From assembly GCA_965228485.1 (NCBI GenBank), contig OZ245819.1, forward strand, positions 690,001 to 722,000: a stretch of 32,000 bases of DNA, in the 5' to 3' direction. Numbering within the stretch: position 1 is the first letter of the stretch; every line of letters begins with the position of its first letter. Both the position numbers and the translations under genes were made by a program. The notes beneath the pieces were generated by a model. That model was not told where the DNA came from. It saw only the letters and a list, made by a program, of their open reading frames with translations, and searched no databases. Below are positions 8,744 to 17,647 of this stretch, piece by piece. Source of the stretch: Candidatus Saccharimonadota bacterium (lineage in GTDB: Bacteria > Patescibacteriota > Gracilibacteria > UBA4473).

Positions 8744-9766
8744 CTAGAAAATATCCCTTAAAGAATTTTTCCAAACTGAGGTCAGTTCAACAGTATCGGA
8801 TTCAAACACAACTTCATTTGCAGATTTAATCACAACCTCACCTTTCGTCACTCTCCCCAAACGCATAGCTCCAGTAATGTGAGATAAATTTTCTGATGAA
8901 GAAACTAAAACCCCAAGCCCCTCTCCAAATAGTGTCTCTGGTAAGTCCTCGTCAATATTCAATTCAAAACCCAAACTATTTTTTACAGCTGATTGAAGCG
9001 CTGTAGCCCAAACACCCCCTGGCACAATGGGCAAGATCGAATTTAATTGCTTATTTTTTAATGCTTCTCTTAGTTCATTACAAAATCCATCAAAAACTTT
9101 ATAATTTACTGCTGGAAGATTTGTATCAGAGGCTTCAACATATTCTAAAAATTCACTTCCAGACAGAGACAACGGCAATCCTAAAAACCAAATATTATTT
9201 CCCTCATCAGAAAATGATAAAGGAGATACTGCATCCACTTCATCTACTCGAGCAAAAACTGATACCAAAGCACTTGGCGGCACAGACCTCCCTGAAGACT
9301 CATTATATAGAGAGACATTTCCTGAAACGATTGGAATCTCCAATTTTTCACACGCCATTTTTACTCCCTCAATTCCCTGAACAAGCTCAGCCATTTGCTC
9401 CTTTTTTTCTGGATTCCCAAAATTCAAACAATCCGTAGCTCCTAACCAACTCCCTCCCACAGAAGCTGTTTTTAATGCTGCCTCACAAATAGCTAATTCA
9501 GCAGCAAGCTTAGGATCAATTAGGGCTCTGTAAGGATTACCCCCCGTTCCAACAACTACTCCTATTTCAGCCAGATCGTCATCTAATTCTGAAAAATCTC
9601 TAAAAGGCACTACGACACTGGCAGCAAAATCTCCACGCTCACAAGCCGTATTCCCCTGAACATTCTTATCGTACTTTTCATAAATTGGTAATCGACTAGC
9701 AACGTTAGGTCGAGAAAGGATATCTACTAAACACTGGCTAATTGAGATTTTTTTCATCACTCGCAT
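8744..9766 (-). CDS. purL: Phosphoribosylformylglycinamidine synthase II (PurL), C-terminal half only (second PurM-like repeat)
   Basis: 340 aa. The N-terminus LVDILSRPNVASRLPIYEKYDKNVQGNT matches the conserved LL..PNIASK..Y.QYD start of the second half of small PurL. It continues with GGNPYRALIDP, ATDCLNFGNPEKKEQM and IPIVSGNVSLYNES, which are AIR-synthase-type motifs. The start codon is its own ATG, facing a 50-nt divergent intergenic region. Confidence 0.75.
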   Translation of the reverse strand: MRVMKKISISQCLVDILSRPNVASRLPIYEKYDKNVQGNTACERGDFAASVVVPFRDFSELDDDLAEIGVVVGTGGNPYRALIDPKLAAELAICEAALKTASVGGSWLGATDCLNFGNPEKKEQMAELVQGIEGVKMACEKLEIPIVSGNVSLYNESSGRSVPPSALVSVFARVDEVDAVSPLSFSDEGNNIWFLGLPLSLSGSEFLEYVEASDTNLPAVNYKVFDGFCNELREALKNKQLNSILPIVPGGVWATALQSAVKNSLGFELNIDEDLPETLFGEGLGVLVSSSENLSHITGAMRLGRVTKGEVVIKSANEVVFESDTVELTSVWKNSLRDIF

Positions 9767-9816
9767 TGTGCTTATTTTGATGAAAAAAACAAAAATATAT
9801 ATTAAACTTTTCTCCG

Positions 9817-10179
9817 ATGCGAATAGATAAATGGATATGGGCTGTCAGAATGACAAAGACTCGAACCTTAGCCGCCAAACTCTGTGATCAGGGAAAAGTC
9901 TTACTCAATGATCAAAAAATAAAAGGATCCAAGAATATTAATCTGGGAGACATAATTACCGTCCATAAAGAAGTCACCCTAAAATATGAAGTTATTGGAT
10001 TTATAGAAAAACGAGTCGGAGCAGAAAAAGCACGAGAGTTTTATACTGATCATAGCCCTATTGAAACCATAGAAGGCAAAAACAGTGACTCCAGCCAATA
10101 TTGGGGGCAACGAGAAAAAGGCGAAGGTCGCCCAACAAAAAAAGACCGCAGAGCTATTGAGAAGATTAAAAATTGGTAG
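9817..10179 (+). CDS. hslR: S4-domain RNA-binding protein, Hsp15/HslR-like (ribosome-associated heat-shock protein)
   Basis: 120 aa. MRIDKWIWAVRMTKTRTLAAKLCDQGKVLLNDQK is the S4/Hsp15 alpha-L motif. The C-terminal GRPTKKDRRAIEKIK resembles the RRPDKKERRDLLRFK tail of E. coli Hsp15 (recalled from memory). Confidence 0.65.
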   Translation: MRIDKWIWAVRMTKTRTLAAKLCDQGKVLLNDQKIKGSKNINLGDIITVHKEVTLKYEVIGFIEKRVGAEKAREFYTDHSPIETIEGKNSDSSQYWGQREKGEGRPTKKDRRAIEKIKNW

Positions 10180-10185
10180 AAAAAA

Positions 10186-10210
10186 AACCTCAGAGCAGAG
10201 CCCTGAGGTT
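10186..10210. terminator. Bidirectional intrinsic terminator between convergent genes
   Basis: Stem AACCTCAG (10186-10193) pairs with CTGAGGTT (10203-10210) around a 9-nt loop. An A-run lies on the left and a T-run (TTTTTTATT) on the right. It sits between the hslR-like stop (10179) and the stop of the minus-strand gene (10235). Confidence 0.65.
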
Positions 10211-10234
10211 TTTTATTAATCAAATGAAGAAATA

Positions 10235-12964
10235 CTATTGTGCTTCACAACGCATAAACTCTTTTCTCTCTTCACAAACTTTTGAAAAGTCTTCACTGTC
10301 TTCGTAACACTCATTCCATTCCCTCCATAAAACTCGACACTGAGTATTTTCTCGGCATTCCATCTCGTCATAAATCTGATTACAAGCTTTTTTATCTAGC
10401 TTAAGTCTGTTTACTTCTTCTACATCACTCCATGTATGAGCTTCAATCACATTTGGAGAAATGGTGAAGAAATTATCTCCAATGTAGATAATTCTTTGAA
10501 TGTTGTATTCATGATTTCCCCATCTACGAGTATTTTTATCTGACCAATAATCATCACTATAGTGAGTGGCTTTTCCTTTCAGTTGAAAACCTTCTTCTAA
10601 GCTCACATCATAAACAAAAGCTCCGTTGTAGCTCTGGCGAGCAGGCTGATAACCATTTTGAGCCGCTCCATCTTTTGTCATAACAGTAATTGGTAAGGCC
10701 ATAATTCCCTCAGCTTTATCAAAAAGTAATGCCTTATGATTATTAAGCACTTCACTGTAACTTCCCGTATCTCCAATAACCTTTTTATGAATTTCTTTTG
10801 GATTATTCACGTTTGATACATCAAAAATAGCTAACTTCACTCCCAAAACTTCATCAGGACTCAATCGATCATCCTCTTCTGCTCCTTCTTTTACCTCTTT
10901 CCCAAGACCAATAAGATGATTCTCATCGTAAGGATGTAGATAATCAGACCATCCTGGAATTTTCAATTCTCCCAAGACTTTTGGATTAGTAGGATTTAGA
11001 TCAATCACAAATAAGGGATCTACATTTTTAAAGGTTACCATATAACCTTTATTCCCCATAAATCGAACCGATTTGATATTCTCTCCTGGAGCAACCCCAT
11101 CAACCTTTCCGGTTAATTTTAAATTTTTATCCAGAATGTTCATCATCGATCCCTCTTGATTCATTTGTGTGGCAATTCGGAAATAATCCCCCTGTTCGCT
11201 CATTGAAAACTGATTTAATACGGAACCATCTACTTCTCCCTTCGCCACAAAATCAATGTTATTTTCATCCAGAGCAAACTTATAGATTTCCGTCACAGGA
11301 TTCCACTGCCAACCATCCCAAGAACGCCCCGTTATAAATCGTTCTTTGTGTTTTGTTCTCGTCACATAGAGATTGTTTGTAGAAGCATAAATTTGATTCC
11401 CACTTCCGAGCATCATAATTCGACCAACTTTTTCACTCGTATCTTTGGTATTAATTGCCCCAATAATTAAGAAATTTGAATCTTCAAAATTTGGGAAATA
11501 ATGAATATCCTGGCACGGAGCAATCATTTTTTCTGATGCATTGGCAGAATCTTCCATTATTGGAAGGTCTGTGTTTCTTAACATTGGAACTGGTCTTCCC
11601 CAATACCAATTTTGGTATTTATTGGTAACCAAATAAACTACATCACCAATCTTCCGAGATTGAGTGTAATTCCCTTCTAAGCTCACTTTTCTAATCTCTG
11701 TTGGATTTGATCGATCTGAAATATCAAAAGAGATAAGTGTCGTTAGCTGCTTATTTGTCCCTCCTGGATATGGCATCCCTGGCATAACCATTAATGCCAC
11801 TTCTGCTCGGGACTCAATTAAACGAGCATCTTCAGCAGAATCATCAAGAAAAATATCCGCATCATCAAAAAACTCTGGATCTTCCCATTCAAGCTCTTCT
11901 TCCAAAGGCATTGACTCCTTAACAGCTGGATAAACATTATACGAATTAGTTTGTCCTACTATGGTTAGAATATCTCCATCTACATACATCTCTCGTGGCC
12001 AAAAACCCTTGTCAGCAACAGACAAATTCGCCACTTCTTTCATTTGATCTGATGGAAAAGCTTTTACGATTCGAACGGCATTTTCTTTGATCATATAAAT
12101 ATGAGAGCCATCATTTTTAATGATATCGGCTTCATCAACACCGAATTCTTGAATATTTGTAGTAGAAAATTTTTCGGACCCCCCGCCTCCAATAGAAGAC
12201 TGAGTAGTAACTCCTTCTGATCTAGCCATAGCAGGCATATCGGATTCCATCATCTCCATATCCATAGCATCATCCATAAATAAGGCATTTCGACCATACA
12301 TTCCCTGCCCTTGTCTTTTTTGAAATTTTTTCATCTGCACATTCAGTGCTTCACAAGATTCAATTTTTGGTAAAACCAAATCCGATTCCCCAACTTCATT
12401 TCCTGTATCGATACCCCAAATCATTTGAGCCATCTCTCCTCTGCTAATTTTCTTAGCAATATCAGAGACTGACCCTGGCACGATTCTTTCACGACCGAGC
12501 GCTTGAGTAAACGGCTTAAACCACTCTGCTGAATCTTCTTCTTCAACTTCAACCTCTTTAACCTTGGCAATAATTTTGCTGGCTTCAGCAAAATTTATTG
12601 TATCACCTGGCTTAAAACTTCCATCTGGATATCCTTGGACAATACCCTTTTTCGTTGCCTGACAGATAATATTGTAGAACCATTGACCAGGTCTTACATC
12701 ATCGTAATCCACAATTGAATCACAAGTAGTACTATCTTTCTCAGAAGACTCTAGAACGATTTTTAAAAACTCAGCTCGGTTAATATCCTGTTCTGGCTTA
12801 AAAGTTCCATCTTCATATCCCTCTACCACTCCTTGATCTACCAAATATTGAACTGCCTTTGAGGCATTTGTTCCTTTGGCGTCTAATAATTCTGGAGATA
12901 TCTGATTGGCTAACGCCAAAACAGGCACCACTAGAGCAAAGGCCGCTAAACTAAATTTTTTCAT
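10235..12964 (-). CDS. Secreted cell-wall protein: signal peptide, 3 SLH-like repeats, beta-propeller domain (COG4880/Beta_propel-like), Cys-rich C-terminus
   Basis: 909 aa with signal peptide MKKFSLAAFALVVPVLALA. SLH-like repeats: AVQYLVDQGVVEGYEDGTFKPEQDINRAEFLKIVL and KKGIVQGYPDGSFKPGDTINFAEASKIIAK. FSTTNIQEFGVDEADIIKNDGSHIYMI is typical of the secreted beta-propeller family (recalled). The last 50 aa contain 7 Cys. Confidence 0.7.
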   Translation of the reverse strand: MKKFSLAAFALVVPVLALANQISPELLDAKGTNASKAVQYLVDQGVVEGYEDGTFKPEQDINRAEFLKIVLESSEKDSTTCDSIVDYDDVRPGQWFYNIICQATKKGIVQGYPDGSFKPGDTINFAEASKIIAKVKEVEVEEEDSAEWFKPFTQALGRERIVPGSVSDIAKKISRGEMAQMIWGIDTGNEVGESDLVLPKIESCEALNVQMKKFQKRQGQGMYGRNALFMDDAMDMEMMESDMPAMARSEGVTTQSSIGGGGSEKFSTTNIQEFGVDEADIIKNDGSHIYMIKENAVRIVKAFPSDQMKEVANLSVADKGFWPREMYVDGDILTIVGQTNSYNVYPAVKESMPLEEELEWEDPEFFDDADIFLDDSAEDARLIESRAEVALMVMPGMPYPGGTNKQLTTLISFDISDRSNPTEIRKVSLEGNYTQSRKIGDVVYLVTNKYQNWYWGRPVPMLRNTDLPIMEDSANASEKMIAPCQDIHYFPNFEDSNFLIIGAINTKDTSEKVGRIMMLGSGNQIYASTNNLYVTRTKHKERFITGRSWDGWQWNPVTEIYKFALDENNIDFVAKGEVDGSVLNQFSMSEQGDYFRIATQMNQEGSMMNILDKNLKLTGKVDGVAPGENIKSVRFMGNKGYMVTFKNVDPLFVIDLNPTNPKVLGELKIPGWSDYLHPYDENHLIGLGKEVKEGAEEDDRLSPDEVLGVKLAIFDVSNVNNPKEIHKKVIGDTGSYSEVLNNHKALLFDKAEGIMALPITVMTKDGAAQNGYQPARQSYNGAFVYDVSLEEGFQLKGKATHYSDDYWSDKNTRRWGNHEYNIQRIIYIGDNFFTISPNVIEAHTWSDVEEVNRLKLDKKACNQIYDEMECRENTQCRVLWREWNECYEDSEDFSKVCEERKEFMRCEAQ

Positions 12965-13086
12965 TAAAATGAATTTTAAGAATTTATATCTGTTTTTATT
13001 AACTAAAAACTAGATCAATTTGTGACATAAGTAAAGAACCATATTTAATAAAAAGCTTTATTTTATGAGGGTTTGTGTTTTTTATT

Positions 13087-14775
13087 TTATCCCGCTACAC
13101 GATACACTTCTTCAAGGGTTGTCTCACCTAAAAGGACCTTTCTAAATCCATCCTCAAATAGCGTTAGATAATAAGGCTGTGTTTTAGCTACAAACTCTCT
13201 CAAATCAATTTCCGTAAGCCCCTCTGCCACACGAGCCCTCAGTTCATCAGAAAAATCAACCGTCTCACAAATCACCGTTTGATCTACAAATCCTGTGTGA
13301 GAACATTTTTCACACCCCTGTGGCTCATAAATGTGGATGTATTGAATATTCCCGTCTTCATCAACCTCAACTGAAAGCGAATCCAAAATATCTGGATAAA
13401 CTTCAATCACCCGAGAAAATGCTTCTTTTGCCTCTGGGTGTTTGTTGAGATCAAATTTAACTTTTTTACGACAGTGTGGACATATTTTTCGTACTAATCG
13501 CTGAGCGAAAATTGCATTAATAGCCGCCGCAATATTGAAGTATTCTAACCCTAAATTATTTAGACGAGTAATCGCTCCCAAAGCGGAATTTGTATGTAGA
13601 GAACTAAAAACTACATGACCAGTAAGAGAGGCCTCTGCGGCAAGTTTCGCTGTAGACAATTCTCGAATCTCACCAATAAGAATAACGTCTGGATCATGTC
13701 TCAACAAAGCCTTTAAGCCGTTTGAAAAATTATACTCAGAATTTTCATCGACTTGGGATTGAGTTACATTATCTAGATGATATTCAATCGGATCTTCTAA
13801 AGTTACTAATTTTTTCTCGGCTTCATTAAGCTCCGCAAGCATAGAGTATAATGTTGTTGTTTTCCCACTTCCTGTTGGACCGGTCACCAAAACCATCCCA
13901 TTTTTATGCCCGATCGCTTTTCGAATACTACTTTCAATATGAGGCTCAAATCCGAGGTCACTAAAAGTTTTGATTCCTTTCCGACTATCAAGTACCCGCA
14001 TAACAACCGATTCAAAAAATTCTGTTGGTAGGGTTGAAACCCTTAAGTCTACATCACGATTATTAGCTCTAAATGAGATATGACCATCTTGAGGAATGTG
14101 AAAAATATTCGATTTCATTCCTGCGATATACTTAATATGCGAGACTAGTTTTTCAGCTCTGTCTTTAGGTAATGGGCAAATATCATGAAGAATCCCATTA
14201 ATTCTAAATCGAAGTAATCCTTTCTCTTCATAAGGCTGTATATGAATATCAGAAGCCCTAACCTGCAGAGCGGTAATTTCAATCTCGTTAAGCGCTTCTT
14301 GTGCCTGAAGGTTTTTCAGTTTTGTTTCCAAATCTCCGAGCCCTATGAACTGTTCCTCAAAAGTCTTACCATCTTTCTCATCAAATTGTTCTTTCAACTC
14401 TACTTTTTTTCGGTTAATGAGCTTAGAGCCATAATGCTTTAAAATCTCGTTAAGTCCGTTCTCAGAACAGACATTCATCTCGATCTCAAAACGATCAACC
14501 TCAAGTCTGTTTACAATTTTTTGTACCACTCTATCTTCTGGATTAACGGCTGCTAAACGAAGCTTAAAACCACTTCTAAAGAACGGCACCAGTTCAGCAC
14601 TTCGAGCTTCAGACTCTGATACAAACTGTAAAACTTCTGGGTTTATCGGAAACTTAGAAAGATCTATGTAGTTAAGCTGAAGCTTAGTCGCTAAGTCTTG
14701 CGCTTCTCTTTCTTCAAATTCTCGATTGATGTCACCAACAGGATTTCCTGTTGTTAAGTTTTGAGATGAATCCAT
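13087..14775 (-). CDS. pilB: Type IV pilus assembly ATPase PilB (GspE family)
   Basis: 562 aa. N-terminal T2SSE_N-like region, Walker A VTGPTGSGKTTTLYS, Asp-box/Walker B DPDVILIGEIRE, His-box LTGHVVFSSLHTN, and a tetracysteine motif CPHCRKK...CEKCSHTG. Confidence 0.9.
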   Translation of the reverse strand: MDSSQNLTTGNPVGDINREFEEREAQDLATKLQLNYIDLSKFPINPEVLQFVSESEARSAELVPFFRSGFKLRLAAVNPEDRVVQKIVNRLEVDRFEIEMNVCSENGLNEILKHYGSKLINRKKVELKEQFDEKDGKTFEEQFIGLGDLETKLKNLQAQEALNEIEITALQVRASDIHIQPYEEKGLLRFRINGILHDICPLPKDRAEKLVSHIKYIAGMKSNIFHIPQDGHISFRANNRDVDLRVSTLPTEFFESVVMRVLDSRKGIKTFSDLGFEPHIESSIRKAIGHKNGMVLVTGPTGSGKTTTLYSMLAELNEAEKKLVTLEDPIEYHLDNVTQSQVDENSEYNFSNGLKALLRHDPDVILIGEIRELSTAKLAAEASLTGHVVFSSLHTNSALGAITRLNNLGLEYFNIAAAINAIFAQRLVRKICPHCRKKVKFDLNKHPEAKEAFSRVIEVYPDILDSLSVEVDEDGNIQYIHIYEPQGCEKCSHTGFVDQTVICETVDFSDELRARVAEGLTEIDLREFVAKTQPYYLTLFEDGFRKVLLGETTLEEVYRVAG

Positions 14776-14781
14776 CCCGCC

Positions 14782-14790
14782 ATTATACCA
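14782..14790 (-). promoter_or_regulatory. Extended -10 element (TGGTATAAT) immediately upstream of pilB
   Basis: The minus strand reads TTCTGGTATAATGGCGGGATG. Only 6 nt separate the -10 hexamer from the pilB ATG at 14775, which implies a leaderless or near-leaderless mRNA if this promoter is used. Confidence 0.4.
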
Positions 14791-14819
14791 GAAAACCCCT
14801 AAAAAATAAAGTGAGGATT

Positions 14820-15161
14820 CTATCTATTTTCAAGAGCCTCTAGGCGTGCTTCAAGTTCTTTGTTTTGGTGTTTCAAAGCTTCAATTTCAGCATCTTTTTC
14901 TGCTTTTAGATCCTGAATTGCCTTCGCTAAAATGGCATTAAATGACTGATATTTAACGGATTCCACTTCACCTTCATTTCCATAAATCGCTAAATCTGGC
15001 ACAAGGCCAGCCACTTCCTCAGCGATTAAACCATAATCATGTTCTTCATTATTCTTCCAATCAAATTTAACAGGGATTAGATTTTGCACTGTCTCTAAAC
15101 CAAGATCTAAATCAATAATATTCAGTAACAATAACGACGCCAGATCTCCCGCCTGCATCAC
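14820..15161 (-). CDS. Tail-fibre C-terminal intramolecular-chaperone-like (peptidase S74-like) domain plus coiled coil; different frame from the upstream fibre gene; start uncertain
   Basis: LETVQNLIPVKFDWKNNEEHDYGLIAEEVAGLVPDLAIYGNEGEVESVKYQSFNAILAKAIQDLKAEKDAEIEALK matches the remembered S74 chaperone-domain pattern (L.pV.F.wk....GfIAqEv..v.Pe.v........v.Y..l...li.a.qeL). The frame opens at 15176 and overlaps the 3' end of the 15112-16986 ORF by up to 50 nt in the +1 frame. The only starts are GTG 15161, ATG 15158, or an internal TTG. Confidence 0.55.
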   Translation of the reverse strand: MMQAGDLASLLLLNIIDLDLGLETVQNLIPVKFDWKNNEEHDYGLIAEEVAGLVPDLAIYGNEGEVESVKYQSFNAILAKAIQDLKAEKDAEIEALKHQNKELEARLEALENR

Positions 15162-16986
15162 CCGATCCGCCAGACCCTACAGTAACGGTCACCGTTGGAC
15201 CCAGCGAAGAAGCGGCAATCCTTTTTTTACAATATCCTCCACCACCTCCAGCAGTTCGGCCGCCATCGTTACCAAGTCCCCCTCGACCATATTGGCCTCC
15301 CATAGCCGAATGACCACCTGCAAAACTATTCGACCCTCGTTCACCTGTAAGATTAAGGTCACCACCACTAGCACCAGCACCGCCACCGCCAGATCTCCCA
15401 CCTGCACCGCCATTTGCAGTACAATGCGATCCAAACGATGAGGCCGCTCCATTATGACCCCAATGGTTACCGCCGCCACCGCCACCGACAGCTTCAACGA
15501 TCACAGCCGTCAACCCTGCTGGCTTAGTCCAAGTCGTCGAAGAAGTATACACACGATACTCCGGCGCACCACCACCGCCAACAACGCTATCAACATAAGC
15601 CTTATTCGCCGCATCATTCGCCGCCGTCGGCGTGGCCACATTCACAATCTTATTAGAATTCAAATCAATGACACCAGCCACATCCAACTTTGCATCTGGC
15701 GCCGTCGTCCCAATCCCAATATTCCCATTTCCTAGATTCAAGGTCATCATATCACCGCCACCACCAGTAGAAGAAAATCTAGCTGTATCCTGAGCTCCTG
15801 CATAAGTTTTTATTCTTAATGAGTCTGTAGCATTACTAATAATTAAGCCGTCATCACTAGCTCCACCATTAACTTTCATGTCTCCGACCACCTGAAGCGC
15901 ATGAGATGGATTTGTCGTCCCAATTCCAACCTTCCCACTAGCATTAACAGTCAGAACGGTAGTTCCTGGTCCGCTATTAAATTTTGCTAAGTCCCCTGTT
16001 TGAGAATTATTTCCTTCCACTACAAGAGGAGTGGAAGCTGGGTGTTCTGATTTTGCAAATACCCCGACTCCATTAGGGCTATAACTCTCTCCCCACACAC
16101 CAAATACATACCCGCTAGAAGCTTGCGCTGTCCCACGAACAGCGGTTCCAGTTGTACTGTAATTCATACCATAAATACTTGTAGAATATTCTGCAGACGC
16201 GTCAGCGTTACCATAAATCCCTATTCCATATTGTCCCATAGCATTCCCATAAACCCCTATTCCATTTTGACCACTCGAAACACCAGAAACTCCTTGTCCA
16301 TTTGTTACGGTGCTTACTGAAGATATGGCAGCGTCCGTACCGTTACTGACAGAGGCCTGGATTCTACCATTTACCTCTAATTCTGTCGTTGGACTTGAAA
16401 CTCCAATTCCTACTCTCCCATTCTCTTGTATTTTCATAAGTTCAGCCCAATTTCCTCCTGGTCCAGGAGCATTTTTTCCGATAATTAAAGCTCGATTGTC
16501 ATTATCGTTATTATTCCAGTCCATAGAGATGTAGACATTGTCTTCTCCGTTTAATTCCAGCGCCCCACTACTATCATATACGGTTCCCCCTCTTACGAGC
16601 AAAGTTCCATCTATCTGGAGATCACCGTCTTCATCAATATTGGCTTTATCTGCATCGGCTCCCGTTCCAATCTGGAAAAGTTTTTCATTGGCCGCAGGGG
16701 ACTCTTTATGTACAGAAAATTGCGCTGGAGGTACGGCTGTCCCAACTCCAACCTGTCCGTTAGTATAGTACATATCTCCACCACTAGAATTCCAGAGCTG
16801 GTTGCTCAGAATATCTATCGCTGATGATATGGTAATAAGATCTGAGCGTACTTTGTTCCAGTCAGAGGCTCGAATAAGCTCCCCACTGTTTACCGTCGGA
16901 GTCGTTATCGTTACTGCGGCGTTTACTTTTAAGCATGGCACAAATACTGTCAGGGCAAATATCGAACTTAGAAGAAATTTTTTCAT
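15112..16986 (-). CDS. Secreted phage-tail-fibre-like protein with C-terminal glycine-rich domain
   Basis: 624 aa with signal peptide MKKFLLSSIFALTVFVPCLKVNA. A motif recurs four times: GQVGVGTAVPPAQFSV, GRVGIGVSSPTTELEV, GKVGIGTTNPSHALQV, GNIGIGTTAPDAKLDV. KIVNVATPTAANDAANKAYVD is a motif recalled from phage tail-fibre proteins. The C-terminus reads TWTKPAGLTAVIVEAVGGGGGGNHWG...GGGGAGASGG...GGGGGYCKK...GVVIVTEYY, a polyglycine-rich domain. Confidence 0.7.
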   Translation of the reverse strand: MKKFLLSSIFALTVFVPCLKVNAAVTITTPTVNSGELIRASDWNKVRSDLITISSAIDILSNQLWNSSGGDMYYTNGQVGVGTAVPPAQFSVHKESPAANEKLFQIGTGADADKANIDEDGDLQIDGTLLVRGGTVYDSSGALELNGEDNVYISMDWNNNDNDNRALIIGKNAPGPGGNWAELMKIQENGRVGIGVSSPTTELEVNGRIQASVSNGTDAAISSVSTVTNGQGVSGVSSGQNGIGVYGNAMGQYGIGIYGNADASAEYSTSIYGMNYSTTGTAVRGTAQASSGYVFGVWGESYSPNGVGVFAKSEHPASTPLVVEGNNSQTGDLAKFNSGPGTTVLTVNASGKVGIGTTNPSHALQVVGDMKVNGGASDDGLIISNATDSLRIKTYAGAQDTARFSSTGGGGDMMTLNLGNGNIGIGTTAPDAKLDVAGVIDLNSNKIVNVATPTAANDAANKAYVDSVVGGGGAPEYRVYTSSTTWTKPAGLTAVIVEAVGGGGGGNHWGHNGAASSFGSHCTANGGAGGRSGGGGAGASGGDLNLTGERGSNSFAGGHSAMGGQYGRGGLGNDGGRTAGGGGGYCKKRIAASSLGPTVTVTVGSGGSGDAGGRSGVVIVTEYY

Positions 16987-17080
16987 TTATTTTTTTATTT
17001 CGCTCCCCCAGAGTAGTTATTTTTATAATTTTGGAAAACCATCTAATGATCCTAAGGCGACCTGAAAGTAAATCATTTTT

Positions 17081-17110
17081 TTGACGGTAACACATTAAAC
17101 CCCCTACAAT
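17081..17110 (+). promoter_or_regulatory. Sigma70-type promoter for the pilus operon (TTGACG - 18 nt - TACAAT)
   Basis: TTGACG at 17081-17086 and TACAAT at 17105-17110. The -10 element ends 27 nt upstream of the ATG at 17138. Confidence 0.5.
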
Positions 17111-17137
17111 AAGCTCTGACTGGTAAAAAAATAAAAA

Positions 17138-17647
17138 ATGAATTACGAAAAACCACAAAAGAAAAAGCGATCTGTGCTAAATATAATTTTGTGCTTCTTT
17201 ATTCTCTCTGCCTTTGCCTCTGCAGGGCTAGTTTCTTGGAAAAACATTGAAGCTGATAATCTGGAAAAAGAATACAAAAAGGCCATTGAAAACCAAGAAC
17301 GACAAATCAAAGAAATGATGGAAAATGATCAGATTGGAGCGAAAACAAAGGCTAAAAACATACTTACAAAAGCACAAGACTTTCGAATTGAGTGGTCAAA
17401 AATTTCTTATACCGTTCTCAGGGAACTTGAAAGTGAAGAAATCCAATTCGACCGGATTAGTGCTGGAAATAACAAATATTTTACCATTTCTGGCAGAGCC
17501 AAAGACCTACGATCAATTGCTCGACTTATTGCTAAAATTCGACAACACGAAAATTTTTCTGATCCATTTGTCTCAAATCTATCTAAAAATGGATCTTTAA
17601 ATCTACCAACAAATTTCAATCTAACCTTCTACTATATTGAATCATAA
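17138..17647 (+). CDS. PilN-like pilus assembly protein (bitopic, coiled coil)
   Basis: 169 aa. Short basic N-terminus, one TM helix (VLNIILCFFILSAFASAGLV), then a coiled-coil/periplasmic-type domain. It is the first gene of the pilus operon and is coupled to the next gene through a TAATG overlap. The assignment rests on architecture and context only. Confidence 0.4.
   Translation: MNYEKPQKKKRSVLNIILCFFILSAFASAGLVSWKNIEADNLEKEYKKAIENQERQIKEMMENDQIGAKTKAKNILTKAQDFRIEWSKISYTVLRELESEEIQFDRISAGNNKYFTISGRAKDLRSIARLIAKIRQHENFSDPFVSNLSKNGSLNLPTNFNLTFYYIES

Noticed and set aside
15100-15180. Programmed +1 ribosomal frameshift joining the fibre ORF to the S74-like ORF
   Set aside because: The junction TAT TAT TGA T offers no re-pairing of the P-site tRNA in the +1 frame, and I see no upstream SD-like stimulator of the prfB kind. 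An indel, an assembly error or a genuinely separate gene are at least as likely. It is kept as a finding but not called a programmed event.
15189-16768. Cluster of track ORFs (15189-15497 minus; 15454-15735, 16123-16320, 16310-16534 and 16538-16768 plus) inside the fibre gene
   Set aside because: These are shadow ORFs produced by the stop-poor, GC-rich, Gly/Ala/Thr-rich coding sequence of the 624-aa gene. Their translations are low-complexity R/P/S-rich strings with no start context.
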